From a virus: a stretch of 64,000 nucleotides of DNA. The stretch's first letter is position 1; each line of letters starts with the position of its first letter. Where the stretch lies: the IMG/VR virus record IMGVR_UViG_3300002026_002465, positions 113,949-177,948 of that record. One strand, 5' to 3'. Below the pieces are notes generated by a model. The model worked only from the letters and a program-made list of their open reading frames with translations, was not told the origin of the DNA and did no database searches. Shown piece by piece: positions 21,210 to 31,058 of the stretch. The position numbers were made by a program, and so were the translations under genes.

Positions 21210-22095
21210 AACAGTATTAGATGATGGAGATGGACACCAAGCACAATATGTTTGGTCAGGTAGTGAATGGATCAAGATTGCTGATATAAATTGGGGTGAT
21301 GCAAGTGCTATAGCATTTAATAGTTCACATCTTGAAATAACATCATCAAATGTTAGAGATGCAATTGATTTCGTTTATCAAAACCAAAAAGATAAAACAA
21401 AAGCTATTGTTGAAATTAAGAATACAGATTGGATTGCAGCAACTGGACAATATAATGGTTATTATAACACTGTTATAAACCACAATCTTGGAACAGATAA
21501 TGTTGTTTGTTTAATTATGGATGGTGGAATTGTAATTGGTGTTGAAGAAATTGAAAGAGTTGATGAAAATAATGTTAGAGTATATGTTGTTGATAACACA
21601 TTAAATCTTGATGTCACAGTTTTTGGTGTAGTTGATAAATACTCTATCATAATAAATCAATGGACTCCAGATGGAACTGGTGGATATTATGCAGATGTTG
21701 TTCATAATTTTGATTCAAAAAAACTAATGGTTTCAACATTTGATATTGATACAAAACTTGGTATTGGATGGTTAACTGGAACAGAATCAATAGAGTTTAT
21801 TGATAATAATACTATAAGAGTAAGAACGGCTGAAAATACAACTGTTATGAATGTATTTATTATTAAAAAGACAACTGATGCAATAACAAAAGATATTCAG
21901 AATTGGATTTGGGATGATGTTAATAAAACATATTCAGCTGCAATACAAGTTAATGCTTCTTATGATTCTATATTTAGTTTCTTTGATCCAATAAGTGGAA
22001 AATCAATTGGAATGGATATGGTTCAATTAGAAAAAGGCGTTTTAACAATTTCTAAATCAAAAAATAGTTTAGTTAGAATGATAATAATTAAATAA
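21193..22095 (+). CDS. C-terminal continuation of the giant fibre protein
   Basis: Begins mid-module (TVLDDGDGHQAQYVW..WIKIADINWG, compare ORF 55503); two VINHNLGT/VVHNFDS-type C-terminal domains. Confidence 0.7.
   Translation: MQEQYRTVLDDGDGHQAQYVWSGSEWIKIADINWGDASAIAFNSSHLEITSSNVRDAIDFVYQNQKDKTKAIVEIKNTDWIAATGQYNGYYNTVINHNLGTDNVVCLIMDGGIVIGVEEIERVDENNVRVYVVDNTLNLDVTVFGVVDKYSIIINQWTPDGTGGYYADVVHNFDSKKLMVSTFDIDTKLGIGWLTGTESIEFIDNNTIRVRTAENTTVMNVFIIKKTTDAITKDIQNWIWDDVNKTYSAAIQVNASYDSIFSFFDPISGKSIGMDMVQLEKGVLTISKSKNSLVRMIIIK
21198..21217 (+). repeat. 10-bp tandem duplication AGAACAGTAT x2 causing a frameshift
   Basis: gcaAGAACAGTATAGAACAGTATtagat; removing one copy gives ...NARTVLDDGDG in one frame. 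Confidence 0.9.
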
Positions 22096-22103
22096 ACCAA
22101 TAA

Positions 22104-22124
22104 TGTGGGTACTCAGTACCCACA
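22104..22124. repeat. Perfect 10-bp inverted repeat TGTGGGTACT-C-AGTACCCACA
   Basis: GC-rich palindrome in an intergenic gap, no T tail. Confidence 0.7.
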
Positions 22125-22153
22125 ATGTTAACAGATAATATTGGAGGTATAAT

Positions 22154-23617
22154 ATGAGATGGCAGGGATCGATTGATTTTGAAAAGGCTATAAAAATAGA
22201 TGGGAAACCACACGGTGTTGAGCACATTCCAACACTGACACTTTGGTCAGATAAAGACATAGGAAGAGTTATTCATACAGAAGATAATGATAAAGTATTT
22301 ATTGCAGGCTCTTCTGCTTGGATTGAATTGACTCCAGGTGGTGTTGGAGCACACGATCATAATTCTGTATATTATACAGAGGGTGAAATTGATAATTTCT
22401 TTTCTGGTGAAGCATCTGGCAAAAAAGAAATAGATTATTCTAATGTTAAGAATAAACCATTAACTTTTACTCCATCAAGTCATAATAACACATCTCATAG
22501 TGAGACATATATAACTTCTGCTGGAGTTACTTTTGAGAATCTCCAAACAAATGGAGATGTTGGTATAGGTATTAATCAGCTTGCAATAGGGAGTCATAAT
22601 CATGACTTAGTTTATGCTTCAAAAATACATACTCATACTGAGAGCGATATAACAAATTTGGATAAATATACAAAGGCAGAAGTGAATAGTGCCTTATCTA
22701 ATAAATCAAATTCTAACCATATCCATGATGATATATATTTTACACAAACAGAATTGTCTTCAATAATTGATAATCTATCAGGAGCTGATTTAGTTGGAGC
22801 CACTGTTTTATCAGGTGGGGTAAAAACAACTGTTCAAGGTGTATTAGAAGAATTAGATGCAAGAATAAATACATTGAATCTCAATGCTGCAACATTTGAG
22901 GCTTTAAATGCTATTGGTGATATAGGGCCTGGTGTTGATCAGTTATCAGCAGGTAATCATACTCACACTGGAGTATATGAACCAAAATTAAATAATCCAT
23001 TAACTAATGGATATATTCTTTCTTCTACAACAACTGGTGTAAAATCATGGGTTGGACAATATAGTTATTCTCTCCCAGTAGCAACAGATTCAGTATTAGG
23101 TGGTGTTAAACAAGGTGATAATGTTATTATTGATGGAAACGGTGTTATATCTATTGGAGAGTATGAACCTGTTATAACAAAAGCTACAGGATTTAATTTA
23201 GCACTGGGAACAACCGTAGGAACTATAGCAGCAGGCAATCACCTTCACACTGGAGTATATGAGTCTGTTATAACAAAAGCTACAGGATTTAATTTAGCAC
23301 TAGGAACAACTGCAGGAACTGTAAACACTGGAGTATATGAGTCTGTTATAACAAAAGCTACAGGATTTAATTTAGCACTAGGAACAACTGCAGGAACTGT
23401 AACAGAGGGCAATCATACTCACACAGAAAGTGATATAACAGATTTAGATAAATATACAAAGAGTCAAGTTGATACAAAGTTTAGTCAATTACTTGTACCA
23501 TCAACAACTGGACTCCCTATTGATACACCAGGAAGTGGAACTGTAAGATTTGATGCTGCAGGAAGTAAACTTTATATTTATAATGGCACATCATGGGTGA
23601 GTACAATACTAAGTTAA
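22154..23617 (+). CDS. Tail fibre protein with HxH metal-binding repeats
   Basis: Repeated HDHNSVYY/HTHTESDITxLDKY/GNHTH motifs; YSLPVATDSVLGGVK; SD GGAGG. Confidence 0.75.
   Translation: MRWQGSIDFEKAIKIDGKPHGVEHIPTLTLWSDKDIGRVIHTEDNDKVFIAGSSAWIELTPGGVGAHDHNSVYYTEGEIDNFFSGEASGKKEIDYSNVKNKPLTFTPSSHNNTSHSETYITSAGVTFENLQTNGDVGIGINQLAIGSHNHDLVYASKIHTHTESDITNLDKYTKAEVNSALSNKSNSNHIHDDIYFTQTELSSIIDNLSGADLVGATVLSGGVKTTVQGVLEELDARINTLNLNAATFEALNAIGDIGPGVDQLSAGNHTHTGVYEPKLNNPLTNGYILSSTTTGVKSWVGQYSYSLPVATDSVLGGVKQGDNVIIDGNGVISIGEYEPVITKATGFNLALGTTVGTIAAGNHLHTGVYESVITKATGFNLALGTTAGTVNTGVYESVITKATGFNLALGTTAGTVTEGNHTHTESDITDLDKYTKSQVDTKFSQLLVPSTTGLPIDTPGSGTVRFDAAGSKLYIYNGTSWVSTILS
23156..23402 (+). repeat. 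Three intragenic repeats including an exact 78-bp tandem duplication (23247-23324 = 23325-23402)
   Basis: GVYESVITKATGFNLALGTTAGTV units with periods of 96 and 78 nt. Confidence 0.9.
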
Positions 23618-23632
23618 TAATAGGAGAAACAA

Positions 23633-25165
23633 ATGGCATTTGAAGGAACACCTATCTTAGATCATAAACCAACTCTTGTTTGGGAAAATAATTCTGGTAC
23701 GCCGTTGGCTGCAGCCTCACTTTCAAAATCAACTGATTTAAAAGTTTCATATTTGGATTTTAATTATAATGATCCAACAGATCCTCTTCATAGAGAGGGA
23801 ACAATTTTGGTTGCTGATCCAACGTCAGTAAATCCAGCACAAATAGTTATGAAAAGAGGTGTTGTTTTTTCAATCATTAATCAAAAAGATACTATTTCAT
23901 CTCCAAATGATGAATATAAAATATTTGATTCAGGATTAGATGATTTATGGATTACACCTGCAAATAAAGATTCTGTGTCAGCTAGTATTTCAGGATGGGG
24001 CGTTAGTAAACAATGGTTTATATTTATTTGTGATGAAAGAGTAAATAACCCTGTTACAAAACAAAATACTGCACAAATAATAGTATCACAAAGTAATAAT
24101 ACACCACAACTTACAAAAATACCAGGAACAAATGATTTTTATTCTGCTTTAGATACTCGTCTTATTGGTGGTTTTAAATCTAATAGTATAGGATCTATTA
24201 TAAAAGAATCTGTTTGGGATATTGCTGGAAAGTTTCATACTGTAAAAGCAAAACAATATATGATCTTGGATGAATATTCAACAACAGAAGGTCAACATTT
24301 ATATAGAAAATTAAGAGTTTCTGATCTTGATTCTGCTGGTTTAAGTTCTATTATTGGTGGTGGATTATTAGTAACGGGAGATACTCAATTAGGAGGTGAT
24401 CTTCTTGCTAAAAAAGATACAGAAATTATTGGAAATTTAAAGGCAAATGATATTACTGTAAATGGAGATTATATCTCCATAAAAGATAGAACATTAGTTG
24501 AATATAGATTAGAAAGTGATCAAAACGAAATAATAAAACCAGGCATGGTTTTAAGAGCTTTGGAACAACCATTAACTGGTTCGGCTTTGTTTTCAGTTAG
24601 AACACAAAATCAAGCCGATATTTTAAGAGTTGAATATGACGGAAAAATATCAACAACAAACAATGTTTTATCTCTAAATGGATTGACACTTACAAATACG
24701 CTTGGAACTCCAGTTATTGGTGGAACTGATAAACTTGTTGTAAATGGTCATGTATATGCAACAAAAGTTTATAATGCTGTTTGGAATGATTTAGCTGAAT
24801 TCTTTTTATCTGTTGATCCAGTTGTTCCTGGCAAGGTATATGTTTTACATAATGATGGAAAAGTAAAAATAGCAAATAAAAAGTGTGATGGAAAAGTTAT
24901 TGGCGTTTGTTCAGACACACCAGCATTTATAATGAAGCAAGAATATGAAGATAAAGGTGGAGTTCCAATAGCAATGTCAGGTACAGTTAATGTTTGGGTT
25001 AATTCAATAATAAAAGAAGGCGATGAATTAGTATCTGATTTTGATGGTTTTGCAAGAAGAGCATCTTTTATAGAAAAGATTTTTATGAGAGATTCTATTT
25101 TTGGAAAAGCTTTGCAATCTTCTTTCGATAGAAATGAAAAAAGAGTCTTAATGTTAGTAAGATAA
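23633..25165 (+). CDS. Tail fibre/spike protein with C-terminal peptidase-G2/chaperone-like domain
   Basis: N-terminal WENNSGTPLAAASLSK anchor; YATKVYNAVWNDLAEFF...VIGVCSDTPAF...PIAMSG C-terminal domain. Confidence 0.7.
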   Translation: MAFEGTPILDHKPTLVWENNSGTPLAAASLSKSTDLKVSYLDFNYNDPTDPLHREGTILVADPTSVNPAQIVMKRGVVFSIINQKDTISSPNDEYKIFDSGLDDLWITPANKDSVSASISGWGVSKQWFIFICDERVNNPVTKQNTAQIIVSQSNNTPQLTKIPGTNDFYSALDTRLIGGFKSNSIGSIIKESVWDIAGKFHTVKAKQYMILDEYSTTEGQHLYRKLRVSDLDSAGLSSIIGGGLLVTGDTQLGGDLLAKKDTEIIGNLKANDITVNGDYISIKDRTLVEYRLESDQNEIIKPGMVLRALEQPLTGSALFSVRTQNQADILRVEYDGKISTTNNVLSLNGLTLTNTLGTPVIGGTDKLVVNGHVYATKVYNAVWNDLAEFFLSVDPVVPGKVYVLHNDGKVKIANKKCDGKVIGVCSDTPAFIMKQEYEDKGGVPIAMSGTVNVWVNSIIKEGDELVSDFDGFARRASFIEKIFMRDSIFGKALQSSFDRNEKRVLMLVR

Positions 25166-25190
25166 CTATAATATAAAATAGGAGATAAAA

Positions 25191-25613
25191 ATGAAAAAAC
25201 TATATACAGTTAAAGATTGTGAACCATGTAATGATTTAAAAAAATGGATTAAACAACAACCTGATCCATTTGAATTAGAAATAGTTGAGTTGGTAAAATT
25301 AGAAAATGAATGGCATGAAAAAACAGATGATGGTTTTATAAAATTTGACAAGTCTGTTATTTCTTTTCCAGCTTTAATGATTGGAAAACAAGAAGAAAGA
25401 AATGTATATGTTATTGGAAAAGAAGGGGTGCAGTCTGTTTTAGAGAAAGGTTATTTATATGAAAAGAAATTATGTCCATTTTTAAATAAAGATTGTATTG
25501 AAAAGAAATGTGCCAAGTTTGTTGTAATGACAAAGGGACCTGTTTTAGAAGGGAATTGTAGTGATTATTGGACATCTATATTATTGACTGAATTGTTAAC
25601 AAAGGGGAATTAA
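25191..25613 (+). CDS. Glutaredoxin/thioredoxin-fold protein fused to a Cys-rich C-terminal domain
   Basis: LYTVKDCEPC CxxC motif, SFPALMI cis-Pro motif; CPFLNKDCIEKKC...NC. Confidence 0.65.
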   Translation: MKKLYTVKDCEPCNDLKKWIKQQPDPFELEIVELVKLENEWHEKTDDGFIKFDKSVISFPALMIGKQEERNVYVIGKEGVQSVLEKGYLYEKKLCPFLNKDCIEKKCAKFVVMTKGPVLEGNCSDYWTSILLTELLTKGN

Positions 25614-25616
25614 TAA

Positions 25617-27653
25617 ATGCCAGGAACTGTTAATGCAAAAATTATTTGGGAAAATAATCCAGATACATCTCTAAGCTCTTCAAATTTATCAAAATCTATA
25701 GATTTTATTTCAGATTCTAAATTTATTGAATATATAAATACTGATGAGGCTTATTCTAAATGGGCAGATTTTTCTATAACAAATAGAGTTCCTTTAGCTA
25801 TATATTATGATAAAATTATTTATATAACTTCTGAGAAAAAGTTTTATAAAGGTTCAAAAAACCAAGATGAGACGCCTGGTTTTATAACTTATGGTTTTAT
25901 TCCTCCAAATGAAAAACTTTTAAAAATAAAAGCTAATACAAAAGTAGCAATGAGTTATACTAATTTAATACAATCTCAAATAAACTTAAATTATGAAATT
26001 GGAAATGAAGATTCATTTTTTTCTGTTGAAAGTCTTATCATAGAAAACGACTTTTCTCCAAATACTGTTTATTATATATACTTGTATAACTCTTCAACAA
26101 CAGGTGATTTTTCTCAATTAAAAATAGTTTCTAAATATAATGATGATAATAATACAAGTGATTGGAAAAATGGTGATATTGATTCTAATTCTCCAACTGG
26201 AAGGAGAGTTATTGCTATTAGAAAAATAGGTGGATTTAAAACAAACTCTAATGGTAAAATAGATGAATCATCATTATGGGATTTATCAACATATAAAAAA
26301 GAAATAACACCAGAAAAATATAAAATATTTGAAGATAATAAAGCAAGAGATTTAAATGCTGCGGATATTCCAATTATAGATTCAAAAAATAATTTTGATT
26401 CAAATAATGTTGAAGAAGCTTTGAGTGATATGAAAACAAACTTAAATCAACTATATGGAGATATGTATTATACAGCTGATAAATATGGCGTTGAATTAGA
26501 ATTTTCTATTTTTTATGAAAATAATGGAAACTTACAACCAATAAATTTAAATGCTAATTCAACTCTTTTAATTCCTCTAAGAATAACACCAGGTTATATT
26601 AATGTTTTTGGAAGAAGAATAAATATAGAATCACCTATTTATTTTGGTAAATCTAATTTTGAAGTAAAAATAAATTCATATCCAGGAACTGTCAGTGGAA
26701 TAAAACTAGGAGGTGCTCCTGTAAATCCATATGATCCATCTTTACAATCTGCAGTAATATATCCTGGTATTTGGAGAGTTTTTATTGATACAGATGGAAC
26801 TATTATTCTAAGAGAAGGTGATACTTATTTACCACAATTTATTGTTAATACAATTCAAAAAGGATGGTATTATTCAGGTGATAATTCAAGATGTATTGGT
26901 AAATTTAAAGTAACTTCAAATAATGGTTATTATGTTGAAAAGATGTCAATAACAAATACTTTTGATATTCAAGTTCCAAAAAATACTGTTCATATTTTTC
27001 ATGGAACGATGTGCCCTGATGGTTTATTTTTATGTGATGGACTCTGGCATGATACAAATGGAAAATCAAGTTTAACTTATGAAAACATGCCAATGTCTAA
27101 TGTTGGATGGGGCACTAGTTGGTGGGATCAAACACCAAACATGTTAGGTAGAACAATTAAGATGTTTGATAGAGAAGATTTTGTTCAAAACACTGGTGGA
27201 AGTTCAAACCTAAAAGTAATAAATCAAAATGCTTTTACTTGGAGATTAAATACAAATGGAACACAGGCACTTATTGTAAGTGGATCTTCTCCTGATTGTG
27301 GTGCTGAAGATGGAAGTGCATCTCATGTTCATAGTATTAATCATAAACATGATCCTGGAGAAATAAGAATTGTTAGTAATCAAAATGATGTTCATGGTCA
27401 TGCAACTCAATCATTTGTGACACAACCTCCACCAACTCCAGTATATGCTGTGCAACATACAAATGAAATTTCATTTGTTCAAGTAGCACCTATAAATCAT
27501 ACTCATTCTGGCTTGATTCAAGCTGTTGATGGAAAACATGGTCATTCAACAAGTTCTTTTTCTGGTCAAGTTAGTAATCCAACAATTCCTGACTCAGCTA
27601 CAACAAGTAGTTGGGCACCATATAAAGAATTTATTATATGTATAAAAAAATAA
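25617..27653 (+). CDS. Short tail fibre (gp12-like collar and His-rich tip)
   Basis: WENNPDTSLSSSNLSK anchor; HIFHGTMCPDGLFLCDG collar motif; HVHSINHKH, HTHSG, HGHS; terminal PYKEFIICIKK. Confidence 0.7.
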   Translation: MPGTVNAKIIWENNPDTSLSSSNLSKSIDFISDSKFIEYINTDEAYSKWADFSITNRVPLAIYYDKIIYITSEKKFYKGSKNQDETPGFITYGFIPPNEKLLKIKANTKVAMSYTNLIQSQINLNYEIGNEDSFFSVESLIIENDFSPNTVYYIYLYNSSTTGDFSQLKIVSKYNDDNNTSDWKNGDIDSNSPTGRRVIAIRKIGGFKTNSNGKIDESSLWDLSTYKKEITPEKYKIFEDNKARDLNAADIPIIDSKNNFDSNNVEEALSDMKTNLNQLYGDMYYTADKYGVELEFSIFYENNGNLQPINLNANSTLLIPLRITPGYINVFGRRINIESPIYFGKSNFEVKINSYPGTVSGIKLGGAPVNPYDPSLQSAVIYPGIWRVFIDTDGTIILREGDTYLPQFIVNTIQKGWYYSGDNSRCIGKFKVTSNNGYYVEKMSITNTFDIQVPKNTVHIFHGTMCPDGLFLCDGLWHDTNGKSSLTYENMPMSNVGWGTSWWDQTPNMLGRTIKMFDREDFVQNTGGSSNLKVINQNAFTWRLNTNGTQALIVSGSSPDCGAEDGSASHVHSINHKHDPGEIRIVSNQNDVHGHATQSFVTQPPPTPVYAVQHTNEISFVQVAPINHTHSGLIQAVDGKHGHSTSSFSGQVSNPTIPDSATTSSWAPYKEFIICIKK

Positions 27654-27666
27654 ATGGAGAAAAATA

Positions 27667-27945
27667 ATGGTATATATACAACTTTCACAACCATATAGAA
27701 ACTTTGATAAAGCAAAAATAAAAACAGTTTTTATATATGATGCTCTTATTTCTGTTAATTATTCTATTATCAATGATACAAATGAATTATTTGATAAAAA
27801 CTTTAATGTATTAGAAAGTGATTATACAAAAATGGTATCATCTTTATTAAAAAATAATTTTTCTATTATGGATAATATTCATATATTATTATTAGAATAC
27901 ATGATAGAAAAAAATATAGAAACCGGAACTTTAGAGGTTAAATAA
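27667..27945 (+). CDS. Hypothetical protein (possible fibre chaperone)
   Basis: 92-aa ORF with SD GGAG between fibre genes. Confidence 0.55.
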   Translation: MVYIQLSQPYRNFDKAKIKTVFIYDALISVNYSIINDTNELFDKNFNVLESDYTKMVSSLLKNNFSIMDNIHILLLEYMIEKNIETGTLEVK

Positions 27946-27947
27946 TT

Positions 27948-30900
27948 ATGGCAAAACTTAAGCAAATATGGGAAAACAATCCAGATACTCCAATAACAGC
28001 ATCAAATCTTTCTAAAATAACTCAAAACGATGAATCATTAAATTTACTTTATTCAGATTCAAATGGAGTAATTGATTATTCAGATAATAAAATTAAATTA
28101 AGAGCTAATTCAAAATTTAATTTAAATATAAAAAACACATTTGCTTTTTTTGATTTCAATGATTCATTAATATCTCATGATAGTAAAACAACTGCTAGTC
28201 TTGCAAGTAATATAAAATTTAGAAAAGAAACACCTCTATTATCTGGTAAATCATTAGCTTTAGAAACTGGAACAGTTAATAAAATAGTTAATGGTGATTT
28301 CAGTAACAATCTTGCTAATTGGATTAGTGATCCAGATGATGCACAAAGGTTATTTACAAGAAATGATGGTTTATATAATAAGTCAGCTGTTTTGAAAAAT
28401 TCAGTTATTGGAGAAAAAACAACATTATCTCAAACAGTTGATTTTGGATCAAGTATTGCTGATTTTATATCAATATCATTTTATTATAAATCAAATAATA
28501 TTATTAATTTAAATTTTATTGGTAAATGGGATACTCAACAACCTCTTTATTGGAATAATAATTCTTTAGGTTGGGGAATAAATCAATCATCAGCAAATAT
28601 TATACTTGAACCATCTTCTGTTTGGAAAAGAGTAGAAATAAAAAAAATAAATACAACACCTTTAAAGCCAATAAATAATATAAAAATTAATTTTATAAAT
28701 GATAAAATACAAGAATGTTCTATAAGTGCAGTTCAAATTGAAGAAAAAGAATTTTGTTCAACATTTACAAATACAACTAGTAATGAAACAATCTTAAATT
28801 ATAGTAAAGATGTGTTAAGATCAGAAAAGGGATTAATAGATATAGAATTTTTACCAAAAATATTTAATCAAGAATCAAATATTATATTTAGATTAAAAAT
28901 GAATCCTATAAATAATTTAGGTATTATTTATTCAGATGCAATGAGGTTAGAACTAAAAAAAGATAGTTATTCATTAGTATTTTCAATATATGATACTGTT
29001 TCAAAAACTGAAAAACAATTATCAAAAATTTTTACACCATCAAAATTTGATGAGTTAATTGATAATTGGCAAAGACTTATAATATCTTGGGATAAAGATT
29101 TTTACTTAAAATTCTCATTAAATGGTGGTGAAATAAATATTATAACAACTGAATTTTCACCAATTGAAAAAGAAAGTATATTATTTTTTGAATTAGGAGG
29201 AGACTCTCAACTAAAGTTTGAAGGATTGATATCATCTTTAAAATTTAATTTATTCACAAAACCAACTGAAGAATTAATATTGGATTGTTCTTTAACTCCA
29301 TCATCTGATGAAGATTACTTTAAAGTATTTTGTATTGGAAATGATAAAATAATTATTGATTCTTCTTTATTAGAAGAAGGAAATGACTTTATACAATCAA
29401 CAGAATATTATATTTATTTAATTGATAATGATTTAATAAAAGATGAAGAAAATGTTATTATTGCTTCAAATATTGTAATATCATCTAGTAATATATCTCC
29501 AAAAAATATAAGCAAATATTTTACGTCTATAATTGGCGGATTTAAGACTGATGAAAATAAGAACATTGTAATATCTTCATTGTGGGATAGAAAAACAAAA
29601 TTATTTCCAACAGTTATGGCTGAAAGATTTGTTATTCATGGAAAAGATTCTGATAATAACAGTATAGAATTCAAATCAAGTCCATTTATATCAGATGCAA
29701 AATTCAATATACCAACTTATGTTACAGATAATTTTTATGGTGTTACAGGTACTGGTATTAATTTTCTAAATATAAATCCAAATGGTTATTTAATTGTTGA
29801 TAATGTTAAAATTGATAGTAATGGTATTTCATCAGTAGGACAAAATGATATTACAATTGGTGCTACAGTTGGAAGAAATGTTCAAATAAATAGTGATAAT
29901 GTTATTATATCATCAACTGTTGGAACAGTTCAAGTTGAAGGTTTAAAAATAAAGGGTCAAACTATAAGTCCAAAAAACGGTCAAGATATTTATATAATGA
30001 ATGATTCATTTACAAGTAATGTTATAATAGATTCATTATTAGGATCTACTTTTATACGTGGATCAAATCATACAAATCAATCAAAAGTTATTAATATAAA
30101 TCCAGAAATAGATTATCAATTAAATACTGGAACAGGCACAACAGCAATAGATAATATTATATTTAAAACAAATATTATATCATCTAAACCAAATCAAGAT
30201 ATTTATATAATGAATGATTCATTTACAAGTAATGTTATAATAGACTCAACAACAGGAAATAACATAATTAAAGGAAATCAAATCAATGTTGAACCAGCTG
30301 TTAATTTTCAAATAACTACTGGAAGTGGAATTACTGCTATAGATAATATTGTTTTTAAATCAAGCACTATTTCTTCAAAAACAGGAAATGTGCATTTCGA
30401 TGCTGGAATTAAATTTGTTGGTAGTGTTGAAATTGGAAATCAAACATCTGTTGAATCTACATCCAGAAAAAATTCTATCTATAATAGAACAGAAGGGCAT
30501 TTTGCATGGTATAGAGGTGGAATACATAATTCATCTTTAGGAAATCCTGGTGCTGGTGGAACTGTTTTAGGTCTTTTAACTGGTAATAATATGTCAAAAC
30601 AAAATTTAGGAGTTACAATTGATCCTAATTCAAGATTTTATGCTGGTAAAATTTATAACGCTGTTTGGAATGATATTGCAGAGTGTTGGGATAAAGATCC
30701 TAATGTAGATCTTGATTATGGACAAATTGCCATCAGAACAAAAACAGGATTAAAACCTTCTTCTCAGAGAGCTGAAAAAGCTACTATAGGCGTTGTATCT
30801 AATACATATGGATATTTATTAGGTGATGATGGATTTAATGAAGATTTATCAAAATCAAAAAAAATACCAATTGGAATAAGTGGAAGAGTAAAGGTTAAAA

Positions 30901-31058
30901 CTATTGGTAAGTTAGAAATAGGTGATGAAGTTGTTTCATGGAGATTTGGATTAGCAATTAAGGCAAATATATTTGAAACAATTTTTAAAAGAGCGAGAAT
31001 TATTGGTATGGTAGATTCTATAATAAACAGTAACGAATGTTGGATAAAGATTAGATAA
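27948..31058 (+). CDS. Tail fibre protein (CBM-like, LamG-like, shaft repeats, peptidase-G2-like C-terminus)
   Basis: WENNPDTPITASNLSK; NKIVNGDFS...SAVQIEE; YAGKIYNAVWNDIAECW. Confidence 0.75.
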   Translation: MAKLKQIWENNPDTPITASNLSKITQNDESLNLLYSDSNGVIDYSDNKIKLRANSKFNLNIKNTFAFFDFNDSLISHDSKTTASLASNIKFRKETPLLSGKSLALETGTVNKIVNGDFSNNLANWISDPDDAQRLFTRNDGLYNKSAVLKNSVIGEKTTLSQTVDFGSSIADFISISFYYKSNNIINLNFIGKWDTQQPLYWNNNSLGWGINQSSANIILEPSSVWKRVEIKKINTTPLKPINNIKINFINDKIQECSISAVQIEEKEFCSTFTNTTSNETILNYSKDVLRSEKGLIDIEFLPKIFNQESNIIFRLKMNPINNLGIIYSDAMRLELKKDSYSLVFSIYDTVSKTEKQLSKIFTPSKFDELIDNWQRLIISWDKDFYLKFSLNGGEINIITTEFSPIEKESILFFELGGDSQLKFEGLISSLKFNLFTKPTEELILDCSLTPSSDEDYFKVFCIGNDKIIIDSSLLEEGNDFIQSTEYYIYLIDNDLIKDEENVIIASNIVISSSNISPKNISKYFTSIIGGFKTDENKNIVISSLWDRKTKLFPTVMAERFVIHGKDSDNNSIEFKSSPFISDAKFNIPTYVTDNFYGVTGTGINFLNINPNGYLIVDNVKIDSNGISSVGQNDITIGATVGRNVQINSDNVIISSTVGTVQVEGLKIKGQTISPKNGQDIYIMNDSFTSNVIIDSLLGSTFIRGSNHTNQSKVININPEIDYQLNTGTGTTAIDNIIFKTNIISSKPNQDIYIMNDSFTSNVIIDSTTGNNIIKGNQINVEPAVNFQITTGSGITAIDNIVFKSSTISSKTGNVHFDAGIKFVGSVEIGNQTSVESTSRKNSIYNRTEGHFAWYRGGIHNSSLGNPGAGGTVLGLLTGNNMSKQNLGVTIDPNSRFYAGKIYNAVWNDIAECWDKDPNVDLDYGQIAIRTKTGLKPSSQRAEKATIGVVSNTYGYLLGDDGFNEDLSKSKKIPIGISGRVKVKTIGKLEIGDEVVSWRFGLAIKANIFETIFKRARIIGMVDSIINSNECWIKIR
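29981..30244 (+). repeat. Exact 51-bp direct repeat (29981-30031, 30194-30244)
   Basis: tcaagatatttatataatgaatgattcatttacaagtaatgttataataga twice; period 213 nt (71 aa). Confidence 0.9.

Noticed and set aside
23156-23402. CRISPR array
   Set aside because: The units are contiguous coding repeats with no unique spacers
23156-30244. Diversity-generating retroelement (template/variable repeats)
   Set aside because: The repeats are in-frame and intragenic, show no adenine-specific mismatch pattern, and no reverse transcriptase is visible in the window
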